From Daphnia carinata (lineage: Eukaryota): a stretch of DNA of 64,000 nt. Of this stretch, positions 42,715-57,900 are shown piece by piece (the stretch's first letter is position 1; each line of letters begins with the position of its first letter). Position numbers and translations under genes: made by a program. Below the pieces are notes generated by a model that did not search any database, was not told the DNA's origin, and saw only the letters and a list, made by a program, of their open reading frames with translations. The stretch covers positions 620,001-684,000 of the forward strand of contig NC_081333.1 of assembly GCF_022539665.2 (NCBI RefSeq). The letters run 5' to 3'.

Positions 42715-45700
42715 ACATATAGATACACAGTAGTCATCTGCTAACGATCGGCGAAATAGCAATTATCCCTTTACTATGTGCATTCAAATTGGCAATAATG
42801 GCGTCGTAGGGGGTCATCTGAAGAACAACAACAAAAAAAAAAAAAATGGGAAAGAGCTAGTACTTAGTAAGCTTCTTATAATCAATTAAAGATGCTTTAC
42901 TTGTGATGGTGGGAAAGAAGAATTGGCTATAGAATTTTACGGATCAACATGTTTCAATGTGGTGGGCTGTGCATGTGGAAAAAGAAATTCTCTTTTGAAC
43001 TGGTGGTGGTCCGTATTAGAGATATCACTTTGATAAGACAAGATGGCGACTCTTTTTTTTTAAATTTTTTGTATTTTCTTTGTTGTTGTTTTTTAATATG
43101 ATGGACTCGAAGAAATGTGCTGGTCCTGTTTATTTTATTATAATTTATTTTATTTTTTTCCAGGGGAAGAGAATGTGGCGCTTCCAGTTTTGACCATCTA
43201 CATATAAGTAGACATTTTGGATTTTTGTCCAAATATGGGGAAAAAAAAGGCCATTGTTGTTATACGTTCCGAAATACCTGCGTTTCAAGAAGGGGGAAAA
43301 ACGAATGCTTTAAAAGGCGGCATCATTCGTCCTCTCAAACGTATACTGCGTACCCCTGATTAGAATAAAGATAGCGACAATTTACAAGGCTTGTAGTGCC
43401 GTTGTCACGGAATACTTTCACGACCAATAGGAGGGAGGGGGGACACAAAAATAAATACAGTGGTTTAGGCCTATACACAACGCACGGCCCTAATAAGGTA
43501 TTCTTGTCTTATAAAGAATTATTGGGAATGTGTGTTTTACATAATGTCACGAGACGATGAGTTATGACGAGAGATTCTCACATCCGGTATATATAGATCC
43601 ATTAAAAACAACAAAAAACAAACAAACATAATAATCATAATATTTTTTTCCTTTTAAAGCGACAATCTTCTATCAACAGTCCGATGCAATTATGAAACAC
43701 AAATGTTGTGTGTGTCCTTTCACAGCGTGTATTGCGATAAGATCCGTCTCTTTTTAAAATTTTGAGTGATACGTAGTGATTCGTTGAAAACCAAACTATT
43801 TAAATTTTTCGATTCTGGATGTTTCGGTTCTGGTTTTTGACGTGATTAATCGCGGTCAGCAAACTACATCTATGTTCAAGGGTTTGTTGTTTTTTTTTGT
43901 TTTTTTTTCATACATCACTTGTGACATCTTGTCGATGATTCCAAGTAAAAAGACCACCGCATGCAGATGAGCTACTTTAATAAAAATGTATGTGTTTAAA
44001 AATTTTTCAATTACGTTGTCAGATTTTTCTTATTTTTAACCGGTTCGTTTGTTGCATAAAAACGCCGTCGGTTTCCAGCGGAAACGATGCATTTCGGTAG
44101 GGGTAAAGAGATCTTAATGAGTTCTTAGGAAAAGCATTGTCTGTTTCTTTCGGTCATTCTAATAGCCAATGTCCGTTACAGCGTCAAGGGTTCAACGTTA
44201 TAAGTCTAGACGTGGCCTATACTTAAAAGCTATGGCTCAATTTCAGCCATCATTTCTGACATTTAAGAGTTGATTTTGTCTTAGCGTGTCCCCTTTCCAT
44301 TTCTTTAACACACACAACGGGGCGATTTCTGAAGGGAATCGGCGCTCCTACAAGATGTGTGCTTGCATAACTACCAGAAGTATTGTTAAGGCTAAGAAGA
44401 TTAATATTTCGTACGTAAGAAGCGAAGAGCATTTCGGGAATATAGCGCTTCAAAATTAATAATGATATGCAAAGGAGAAATAAGTTTGACTGCTTACCAT
44501 TGTTGAAGTGTCAACTATATGCCCCGTTTGTGACCCGACCCACTTTCCGTTATCACGTCAGGACAGGTCCCTCGGTTCACACAACTGCCGAGACTGAGCC
44601 AATTCGTTTTCCTATTATTGTCGCTGAATTAGTTCCCCCACCCCTCCTCTCTACCATCTTACCTCTTCTTTTTTTTTTCAGCTTTTCTAGTTTAGAAAGC
44701 ATTCTCTTGGCTGCCTCCGTTTTTTTTTTCGTTTTTGAAATAACGGGAATTAGGGTTCTTTTTTAGAAAAAATTGGAGGCTCAGCCACAGAATGTGTCGC
44801 GTTCATTAAGTTTTTTGATTTAATTTTTTCCTAGCAAGTCTGGCAACAGTGTTCCCTACGCAGCGTATTAGCAGAGCTCATTTTGTGTTTTATTTCGTCT
44901 GCATTTGTCGGGTTTGCGCTTTTATTTAAAAGAAATTAAATTTTAAAAATTAAATTAAGGACATTAACAACAATTATGATGTAAGGCTGGACATGGCCCC
45001 AACGGTATATACAGCTTTACTATGTCTGCGCCCTAGCATTAGAAGGTCTAACTGCCTTGATATTTACAACTTCAGCGGAACGGTAGTTATTATATCCATC
45101 GGTGTATGTACGATTTTTTGGAGCTACCCGATTTCTTGTCGACCTTTAGAGACGGTGCATGATGGACACATTTAGGCGGAACCGTACCTAACATCTACAC
45201 GTAGGTATGTACGTATATATTTCACTGAGAAAGGTAGACGATTGAGGTAGGGGGGGATCACCTTCCGTTCTGCCTTAATAACCGTGAATACAATCAGCGA
45301 TGAATGTGCTTTTATGTATTGATGTCGTTCTTAAAGTTTTCTGCACCCGTAGAAATAAGGAAGTCAAAAGACAGGTGACCAACAATAGTTTTTCTTTTTT
45401 TTTTTTTTTTACAAGAGGGAGTAATAGATGGAAGATGCAGAAAGGTATTTCAAGAATTTTTATTTATGTGGGATTGTGTACAAGCCAAGATTGTGGCAAT
45501 AATGTGGGATGACGAGCAGTTAATTTGGCTTCCATTTATGACTTAAAAAAATTCCAAATGACTTTGCTAGAAATCGATCAAGACGTCCAACAGCGTCCTT
45601 GTCTCAATGTCATCCACATTATTTTTCTGTTTACTAATTAAGCACAATAGAGTGCCGCGTATGCTTAGCTACCTTTCGCTTTCAAGAAACAAATAGAACA

Positions 45701-48700
45701 AAAAAAAAAATAAATAATAATAACAATAACCTTCTGCACATGCAAAAACAGGTTGAAGGAATTTGCGAGAACTTTAGAAATGGAGGTTGGCGCTGATCGC
45801 ATGACAAGATTTGACAAACACGAAACACGAAACCGTTTAATCATGTCAATTAACCGCATGCACATAAGAATGAATAAGAAGAGGAGCTTGCATAAATTCC
45901 GCTCGAGAACAAAAAAGTGCGTTGCAAAAACAAAAGAGGAAAAAAGAATGAACTGAAAACGATCTCAACGAGCCGTTTTACACCAGATGTTAAAGCTCCG
46001 TGTTGCTTTGCCTACTGTTTATTTTCGGAAGCATCGCTGACGATGGCGAAGAGTAAATATTTTTTATGATAAAAAACGATCTCATTAGACGTATACCAAC
46101 GAGACGCGAGAAAGGCGGTTGTCAGTGCATGTTAACTTTTTCTAAATGCGAGGCTCGTAATCGTCTTGAAAAAAAAAAAAAAACAGAAGAAAAGAAGAAA
46201 GAATAAGTCGTGCTATAAGAGGCTATATATGCCTTGCCATGTTTTCTCGTCACGAACCGCAATAAAACACTGAGCTTATGCAGACAACCCCTGATACGCC
46301 CTTAAATAGAACCGCCGCCATGATGGCGGCGGCGATGGCGCGACGAAAGGTGCATGTCGACTCTGTTATGACACTCGGAGCTGTTACACTTTTTTTTTTT
46401 TTTTTTTCTTCTTTCTTTCTTAACCCCTACGTCAAGTAACACTTTTTCTTGGCCCATCCCCATCCTCTGGTTGGTTAGCCATGTTTCTTTTTTTGTTTTT
46501 GTTTTTTAGGTCGCGATCGCGACTTCACCAGCTGCTAATTGAATCTTTTTGCGGTATCCTCTTGGCGCCTACGCTGAACGTATAAGCATGTATACGAGTC
46601 GGAGCTACTGATTGTTATGGACTGCGTCGAGCCCTTCCGTTGCTCGCTCATGGGTTCACGTCACCTGTATTCTTTTTAAGTTTCGTAGAAAAAAAAAAAA
46701 AAGAAAGAAAATAACAATAACCACAGACGACATGGAAAGGAAACATCATGGTTTTCAACCGCGACCAAAAGTTTTTCAACTTAGTTCGGCAATTGACCAG
46801 ACAATGGTTGCGCCTTAATATACTTGATTGTATGGTGTAGAAGCCCAGTCAAGCAGTTCTTCTTCTTTTTTTTTTTAATTACTGGTTTTCTTGGTAAAAT
46901 TTGAGACGTAGCTCTTCATGGAATTTTTCTTTCAGGGATGTGAAAAACAAAAATCAGCCATTTTTCGCCAAAGATTTGTATCAATTTGCCAGGAAATTAT
47001 TTGTGAAACGTTGTAGATACAAAGACAAAGTGTGAAACCCAAACGTGTCATCATCAAACGCGTTGATGTCGCCGTGTATTAGACGTGATGCAGCGTATCG
47101 ATCGACAATTGTACTTACATTATTTATTACCACCAACATAAAGGGGACGATTAACTGTGGGTGTGTTCTTCTAAGACAATAGCTGAAAAAAAAAGAAAGA
47201 AAGAATAATCATAAAGGTCCGTGTCGTAAAACAAACATTTCAACTTCCTCGCGTCGAGTTGTCGGTGGGAATCCTTCGCCGAGGTCTGTCTTGTCTCTTT
47301 TTCTCCTTCTCCTCATATTAAATTTCAATTTCTGGGTTCTCTTATTATTTTTTTTTTTTAAGTTGTCTGTCTGGGAGACTCGTTGTGTCTGTTTTTGGTG
47401 CTATTGTTACTGAAGCATTAAGGTCTTGCGTGTTGAATCCTAATGTAAGGGTTGGGAGCCGAAGCCGCTACCTAATGACAGCCTACTCGTCACTGCAAAA
47501 CACACACGCGGAATGACGCGTTAGAGAAATCCCACTGAATCCGACTGCGGTCTATACTTAGCCGCCACTGTACACTTCTTACGGCCACCTTGCATGCCAA
47601 AACTCGGCCCAGCCAGAGATATATATATATATATATATACTATTCCCCCAACTTTGATGGCCAGTTTCGAAGACCAAAAACTTCGACTGGGCTGAACCAC
47701 AAATTGACGCTCATTTTTGTTTCTTCTTCTTCTTTTTTTTTTTTCTTTCATTCTTTTTTAGCCAAGTCGGGGGTTTGTTCGTTGCCAACTACGTGTTCCT
47801 TCCCATTTCAAACCACGAAAGAAATGCGAGAGAGAAGCAAATGTTGAGTTTACCCACTGAAGTAACATTAGCTACCGTAATACATGCCTTCATAGTTAAG
47901 GTTTTTTTTTTTTTTTTTACGGTTCTAGTGACGGCAAAATATGTGTAGCCATCTATGGCCGCGTTTTTCTTAACCACGCGCCTGGTTAATATTTTCAGTA
48001 TTTATTTATTTTTTTTTTTTCATTTTTCTTTCTTTCGTATTATGTTTATTTTGACTGCTGGTAGTTAGTTTTTCGTCTGAGCGTTAATATCGGTGGGCAC
48101 CACTGAGTTACGTTGTAAATGTGTATAGGAAAAGTGTTGAACCACAGGTAGCTATAGTACGTGTTCCAGCCCATCAACTCCCAATTCTTCAAGTTTATCA
48201 TTTTATCTTTATTCTATTTTCTAATACGATGTTCTCGGAGCGTATTGGAATGTTTCAAATAAACGTTTGATGCATACGCACGAAGTTATTCGAACAAACG
48301 TTTTTATAATTCGATTGTAATATTGGCACGTACAAGAGACGAACGTAATTTTTAAAAGAAATGTTGAATGATTCAAATTAATTTACTTATTGTTATAATA
48401 CGATTTTTTTTAAATGTCGTTTGCCGTAGCTCGTGTTTATCGGTCTACTATTCGATATGTTTTCGTCGTTATGGCTTGCTGGCATATACTCTGAGGTTGT
48501 GTTGCCTTCCCTTGCTACCTGCCTCTTGTGTTTAAATTCGACCCTACGTGTAAGCTGGTTATTTTATTTTATTTTTTTTAACGTCCGTAACCCAAAAAAT
48601 TGAGACCTGAGGTTATTTTTTATGGCGCCTCGACATTGTTTAGATATCACTCGGACTATCCAAAGAACCACTTTGCTTTACTATCACTTTTTTTTATATG

Positions 48701-49559
48701 AATATGAAATCCATATATATATATATATATATATACTGCTTTTGAGGGTTTGAAATATAATATTTGATACTTACACATCGACAGTTGTTTTGTGGGCTTT
48801 CAGGCATCTATGCAAAGCCTTATTGCCCCCAAAATTTGAAAGAAAAAAGGGACTGTAAGGTTACTATTTCTTTTTATTCCCTTTTCTTCTTCTTTTCCCT
48901 TTTTTTTTGTGAACTAGCTAGCCGACTTTTTACAAGCAAAAGCACAGCCATTAAAGTGTCTTGAAAAAAAAAAAAATAAAGGGCGAGAGAGTTTGCGCGC
49001 TGTCATAAAATGAATGGTTGGGATAGTAAACTGGCCGATAGTTCTGACTGATTACAGACCAAACGGTCTTTTTTTTTTCTATTTCGTTGATGAGTCGGTG
49101 ACGGCGACACCAAGAGCAGCCCTATCAATATTCTCCATAACATGAGATATGACTTTAAGGGATGGAAACGATGAGCAAAGCACAGGGCCTTAGAAAGCTG
49201 CTTCTCGTGGTCTCGGGTATCTTAACAGAGGTTAGCCAGCCCCACCGACCTCCTTTTAGCGGGGGGTTCCAAAAAAAAAAAAACGTTGGAACCCTGTCCA
49301 TACGCGAAGCAAGTGATTGGTCAGCTTTTTTTTTTTTTTACATACAGGCCCAAGGGTCAAATAGAGTTGGACGTTTTGCTATAGTAGTGTTGGGCCTTTA
49401 AAAGGCAAGCAATCCACAGGACACTTGTCTCATTTCGCCTCAAGAACTCCACTTTGCTTGGCTGCTCAAACGCTGGCAGTTGATCGATCGATTGTACTCA
49501 GTTCGTCCTTTTTTTTTCTATTTTTCTTGAATATTCATCCATCCGCACGTTGGGTCTAA

Positions 49560-52178
<2,619 letters not shown>

Positions 52179-53569
52179 GTGAACATGAACTTTCGATATA
52201 TTTTTGTTTACTTTAATTTCACGTTACCCATCCACTTTGTAAATACTAGTCCGATATTTTATGTGTCACCGATTCAGCGTTATTGAAATGAAAATACACT
52301 TCTTTTATTCTCGCATTTCATTACGTTCCCTTCTGTCGTTTTAAACGTTTTCCTCTACATATCTATGACACGCTTTGTTCCAGTGACGTCGGGGGCGGCT
52401 ACGTTTTAGTGCCTGCATTGGACAGCCTTATTTTCAGAGGTTCATTCATCTAATGGACATGTCTTTCAAGTCTCAGGAAGGGAAACATTTTCCTAGGTAA
52501 ACAGTTGAAAGTACTGCACTCTAATTGGCAGCGGAAGGACTCCAGTCACCTTTGCAACACGAACTCTCAAAACGTTGATCATTTTGGTTTTTACAGTTCC
52601 AAATAGGCTCAGAGAGGGCCTCTAAATCACTGATTTCCTTTTTCAAGGTTCCTAAAGGCCAACTTATTACCGTTTTAGAAATGACAACGAAATTGACACG
52701 ACAGTCGTGTAGCCTTTCAAATATATTCCACTTTTGTCTTCGACACATATGATTGACCTCTTCAACTTCCAGGGTAAATTAACTGCTTTGACCTCAAGCT
52801 ATCAAACGGTGAGGAGAATGCTGCTACCAGGCACGCTCAGTTCTACGGAGGAAGAAAACGCATCGCGTTATGCAAACGGAAAGAAATCGGAGAACGAACG
52901 AACCAAGGTCTTATACGATAATTTTATGAAAGTTTAAAACATTTACCGTTCGTTTAAAGAGTCAGGTTCTTTGATAACATTGTTGATTCTACACGATCAG
53001 ACACGAACTTCCAAGACTACCCTCACACTTAAGAGAATGAGGGAGGTTATGGAGCTACACCTCCAGATGAAAAGGCTTACGTTATTTCGTTCCCTTTTTA
53101 GGGAACAAGATCTTAAAGTTCGATTTTTCTAATGACAGCTTAATTGCATTAAATTGTTTTATACTGTTATAAAATCACGCCATCACAGCGAATATGGAAA
53201 CAGGCTGGATTATATTCGCTAGTCCGTTAATGAGGAGAAGGGATTATTTTCTTTTGTTTTTTATATACTATGATTTTGCATGAAGTTTGGCTTACAGCAG
53301 ACGTAACACTGATTTTCATAGCAAAATTTTATATGAATAAAAAAAAAGAATTGCTCAAGATGGGATGACTTAGAGGGTTAGGGCTGATCTTGTTTCTTCG
53401 ATGAGCGAAAATTAGTTTTCGCCGTGATTTTCAGTATAGCTCTTTTAGCTTTGCGTCGCAAACGTCCAGCGCTGAGCCTTCCAAACTAGAACCAGCTAGA
53501 GTTCCGTATAATATCCTTTCAAGAAAATTGAAGCTTGCCCAAACGATTTTCACTGGTAAACACGAGGTA

Positions 53570-54963
53570 TATGGCAATCCGTTTTACCCAAAATAAAAAT
53601 AAAAAATATTGGCCTTTTTTCTTTTTTACTGCTATAGCCATCTACCGGTGACGTTTCCAGTTAATTCTCTACATACGCTGACCGAAAAATTTTTAAGCCC
53701 GACTAAATAAACCCGACTAAATAAGCCCGACTTTTCTCGGTCGGGCTTAAAAAATTTTTCTCAAAAAACTGACACTCACCGGAATTGGTTGAATATCACA
53801 GGGTATACTCAAAATTGAATGCTGATTCCGGGAAAATTGCATTTTTTAAAATTACGTTAATCATTTTTGGAAATACACGGAATATTTAACGCAATGCTAG
53901 CGCGCCAGTATGCTACAGCGCTAGCGCGATACAGCAGAAAGTCGGGCTTATATTGTCGGGCTTAAAATTTTTTCCTATTAAAAATTATATATCATTAAAT
54001 CTTGATAACTATATACGATTCTGATTCAAAATTTAACAAGGAACACGAAAAAGAAATTTGTTGTTACGTAGAGATTGTAGTTTTTGAATAATCAAAGAAG
54101 TTTGATGTGTCACGCTAGCGCTGTAGCGTACTGGCGCACTAGTAATGGTTCCGATTTGCACCTAATTTTATATACTCAAAAACTATAGATTCTGCATAAA
54201 AACAACTTCCATTTTCGTGTTCCTTGGTCAATTTTGTATCAGAATAACATATAGTTATCTAGATTTAATGATATTATTTTTTAATAGGACAAAATTTTAA
54301 GCGCGACAAAATAAGACCGGCCTTGTGTTTTTTTGTTTAATTCAAAAACTATAAGTCCAATTAAAAAATAAACTTTGTATTCGTGATTAGCATTCCATTC
54401 TACATCGAAATCATGTGTTTTAAGCCAAATTTGAAATTTGGCCAAAAATGAAAAAGTGAGAAGGCTAATCAAATCAACGATTTCATTAAAAATACATTCT
54501 TCCGATTCGAAATTGATCGCTGATCACGAAAATGGGGTATATTTTTATATTAGGCTTCTAGTTTTTGAATTATCATTAAAAGAAGTTTGGTGTTTCACGC
54601 TAGCGCTGTAGCGTACTGGCGCGCTAGTAATGGTTTCGATGCGCAGACACACTAATTTTATATTTTAGATTACTCCAAAACTGTATGCTATACGTAAAAA
54701 CAAATTCCATTTTCGTGTTCCTTGGTTAACTTTGAATGAGAATCATGCATAGTTATCGAGATTTAATGACATTATTTTTTTAATAGGAAAGATTTTTAAG
54801 CCCGAAAGATAAAATCGGGCTTATTTTTTAACCCAACTTTTTTTTTCGATCAGTGTATGTAGAGAATTAACTAGAAACGTGACCGGCAGATGGCGATAGC
54901 AGTAAAACAGAAAAAAAAGGCCAATATTTTTCATTTTTATTTTGGGTAAAACGGATTGCCATA
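53570..54963. mobile_element. Non-autonomous DNA transposon (MITE/foldback-like) with long imperfect terminal inverted repeats and TA (or TATA) target-site duplication
   Basis: The left end TATGGCAATCCGTTTTACCCAAAATAAAAAT... is the reverse complement of the right end ...ATTTTTATTTTGGGTAAAACGGATTGCCATA. Similarity extends roughly 120-130 bp. Flanked by TA at 53568-53569 and 54964-54965. Internal repeated modules are present; there is no transposase ORF. Confidence 0.9.
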
Positions 54964-57900
54964 TAGGCAGCAATAAACGAGTCAGTCCTACGGCAAATGG
55001 TTATCTACTGGAAGAATTTTAAATTTCGCTAAAACTTTGATTTTGCATCTTTCAACGGCTTACGTGTGGCATCATACGACATTGTATGACACCGGTCCGT
55101 TGCCAGACTGACACAGGTTTTTAATGAGCTATATTTTTTTATTGAAGTGGTTTTGGAATTAAAGGAAAATTGGGGAATTTTAAAAACACCTATAGAAATT
55201 TACCGCCGAAAATCGAGAATCGCCCGCCAATTCGAATCTTAAGTTCATCATAAGTTTGCATTTTAAGAAATAAGTCAATCTTTTAAACAAAACTTTGGCA
55301 CCCCATACACTTTGGCTGCAATGGCCAACTTTCAATAAATACTCAAAAGGGCGTGGATAACCGCCGAACCATTTGTTAAAATATTCAATTCTTGAAGTAT
55401 ATTTTGAAGTTTTCGCAAACTGTTTTCCTGGAGTTGCATCTCTTGCCACTGATCGACTTCTCGGTGGCTGTTAAAAACTTAGTTGCACGCTAATTTATTC
55501 ATGCATCCGCCCTATTCCGAACACCTCTAATCACCAGGTCAGAGACGCCCTTGACTTCTGCAAGGCAAAACAGTGAAATCAAACCAACACAATTTGAAGT
55601 ACTTCCTCTGCGGATGGCGATTCGGTCGCCTCCGGTATCAGCTACGTCATCTGCTCACCGTTGCAAGCTGAGAGCTATGCCCGTAATTGTGTTGCGTAGT
55701 TTGCTCCGGCATGTTAATGCATGTAATGTATCAAACCAGCCCAAACAACTCGTTTTCGCTAAGCAGCCCATGGTAAGACACAAACAGTCGAGAGATTATA
55801 CTCTCAACGAAGTTCTGCACAGAGCCAACACCATTGCATAGCGGTTATGCACGTGTCATCAATATGACCTGATTGGCTACGCTATCAGCCCACTGTAACT
55901 CTATTAATTATTATCACACGGATAGAAGAGGGATCTTAAACGTCAGCGAGTGGGCATTACGTTTGCGAGGGCGCTGTTGGGTTGAATAACCAACTGTCAT
56001 TGCCCCCATCCCCATGTTGGAATAATTGCGAAAAATAAAACATGTAATTTAAGCGTCCATGTACGTCATATCGTATGTTTGACCTCTTAATCACTATGTT
56101 TTGTTGGATTGCTTAGAATGTAGACAAACAAGCCGTAGGTTTCTAGGTGCATTTCCACAATGAGAAGGTGATTTGTCTGCTGTCACACTCGCGACAAAGA
56201 ACAAAATAATTTTCATGAACTCCACCTCCGTTTATCGCGATTAGAAGTAAGCGCACTTTCCGTATAGTTGGCATTGTGATTCATTTGCACGTATTACATG
56301 ATTTTTTTTTTTTTTTTCTAGGCCGGCTTACATTAAATATTTCGTGGCATATTGACATCGTCGTCGCTGGGGTGTCAACGAAGAAAGACAGCGATCCCTA
56401 GCTCATTTACACGAGACGTAGGGAAATGTATGCTAATGCCAGGAGCCTGTCAAGAAGGTCCCCCCCCCCCCACAGCGCCGACACCCTCGCCTCTCGATTT
56501 TTGCTCGAATACTTTTTTGAAAAGCCATTAGCATCACGGCCCTCTGTTCACTTCGAATTCTTAAATTATGGAGAGGGGCTAATGAGAAAAGTGCATCTTC
56601 GGTTGCGCACCCCTTTCCGCATTTATACTGAAACCAGTCAACGCGTTTTCTTTCCCTTATCCCACTCGCGACAGCAAGATATTTTATTTCGTTTGGCGTG
56701 GTTCCTTCGAGCTTCTTTTGCCCGTCTTCGTCCCACCACTTCTTCGTTCGGTTTTTTTTTTTCTTCTTCTTCTTCTCCCTACTGACATCTAATTAACTTG
56801 TGCTCCCCATTGCGCCAAGGCACGACACTGCGAGAGACGGAATTAAAAAATTCAATAGCCTCTTTTGCCTGTCATCAAAGAATGGCTTTATACGCATCCG
56901 TATATACATAATCAAATACGAAAAATTTTAAAAAAGAAAAAAAAAAAAAAGAAAAAAAAAAAAGGTAAGAACGTTACAAACCGGTTTGGCTGTTCCACTT
57001 CCCGTGCAGAGATGCTGAAACTTCCATCTTATTTATTTTCCACATCCGTATACATGAATAAAATCTTACAGATAGTTAATCATCAGTGTAAAAGAAAACT
57101 GACAAAGGTTTCTTCGTCAGAATGGACGCGTCTTCTCTACCGGATATGCAGCACATACACAAACGCATGGCTTTACGTATATATTCGTGTTACAATGCCT
57201 TTGGTCGCAAAATTGAGCGAAGCGCTATTATTATCATCCGGCTGTTTTCGGTGCCTAAACAACCGTGATGAAGAAACAAATATGAATTTCGGTCTACTCT
57301 GAACCCTGAGAAGGGGGGTTACCTAATTAGGGTTTCCAATGTCGAGTCTACCCAGGCAACAACTGGTTACGTACCACCGTTATATCTCCATTGTATTCTT
57401 TCTTGTTATGCTTAACCCGTGGCCATCCCCATCGATTGTTGGATCCGCCTCCACCTTTTCTGCCCATCATGTTGCGCCAATAGGTACAAGTGTATTAAAA
57501 CTTTCTTCTACCCGATTCTCATTCACCTTTAATGCTGTTTCTTTTTTTTTTTTTTTTTTTTCTGTTTTTTGGCACATTAGTTTTATTTCAATCTTCCATT
57601 CGGAATGACAACAAAAAAGACAATTTTTATTAATTGTTAGGTTCTCGTCGATATCTGACATCTGTGAAGTTCGTATTCCTATCTAGTTTAGAAACCGGGA
57701 CAGGCGCAGCGTCAAATAATGAGAGTCAAGTTTTCGAGCCAAGTTCTTGGTTATGTGGACTTTTATTCCGAACCCCGTTTAATTAGCGACGATAAAAATT
57801 GAATGCGTGAAAAGAGAAATCAATCCTCTTGCCGTTTCGTCTAGTTGACTAGTTCCCTGTTCAGTGATCCTCTTACGGCGATTTAGAAAGCGAGTTGGGC

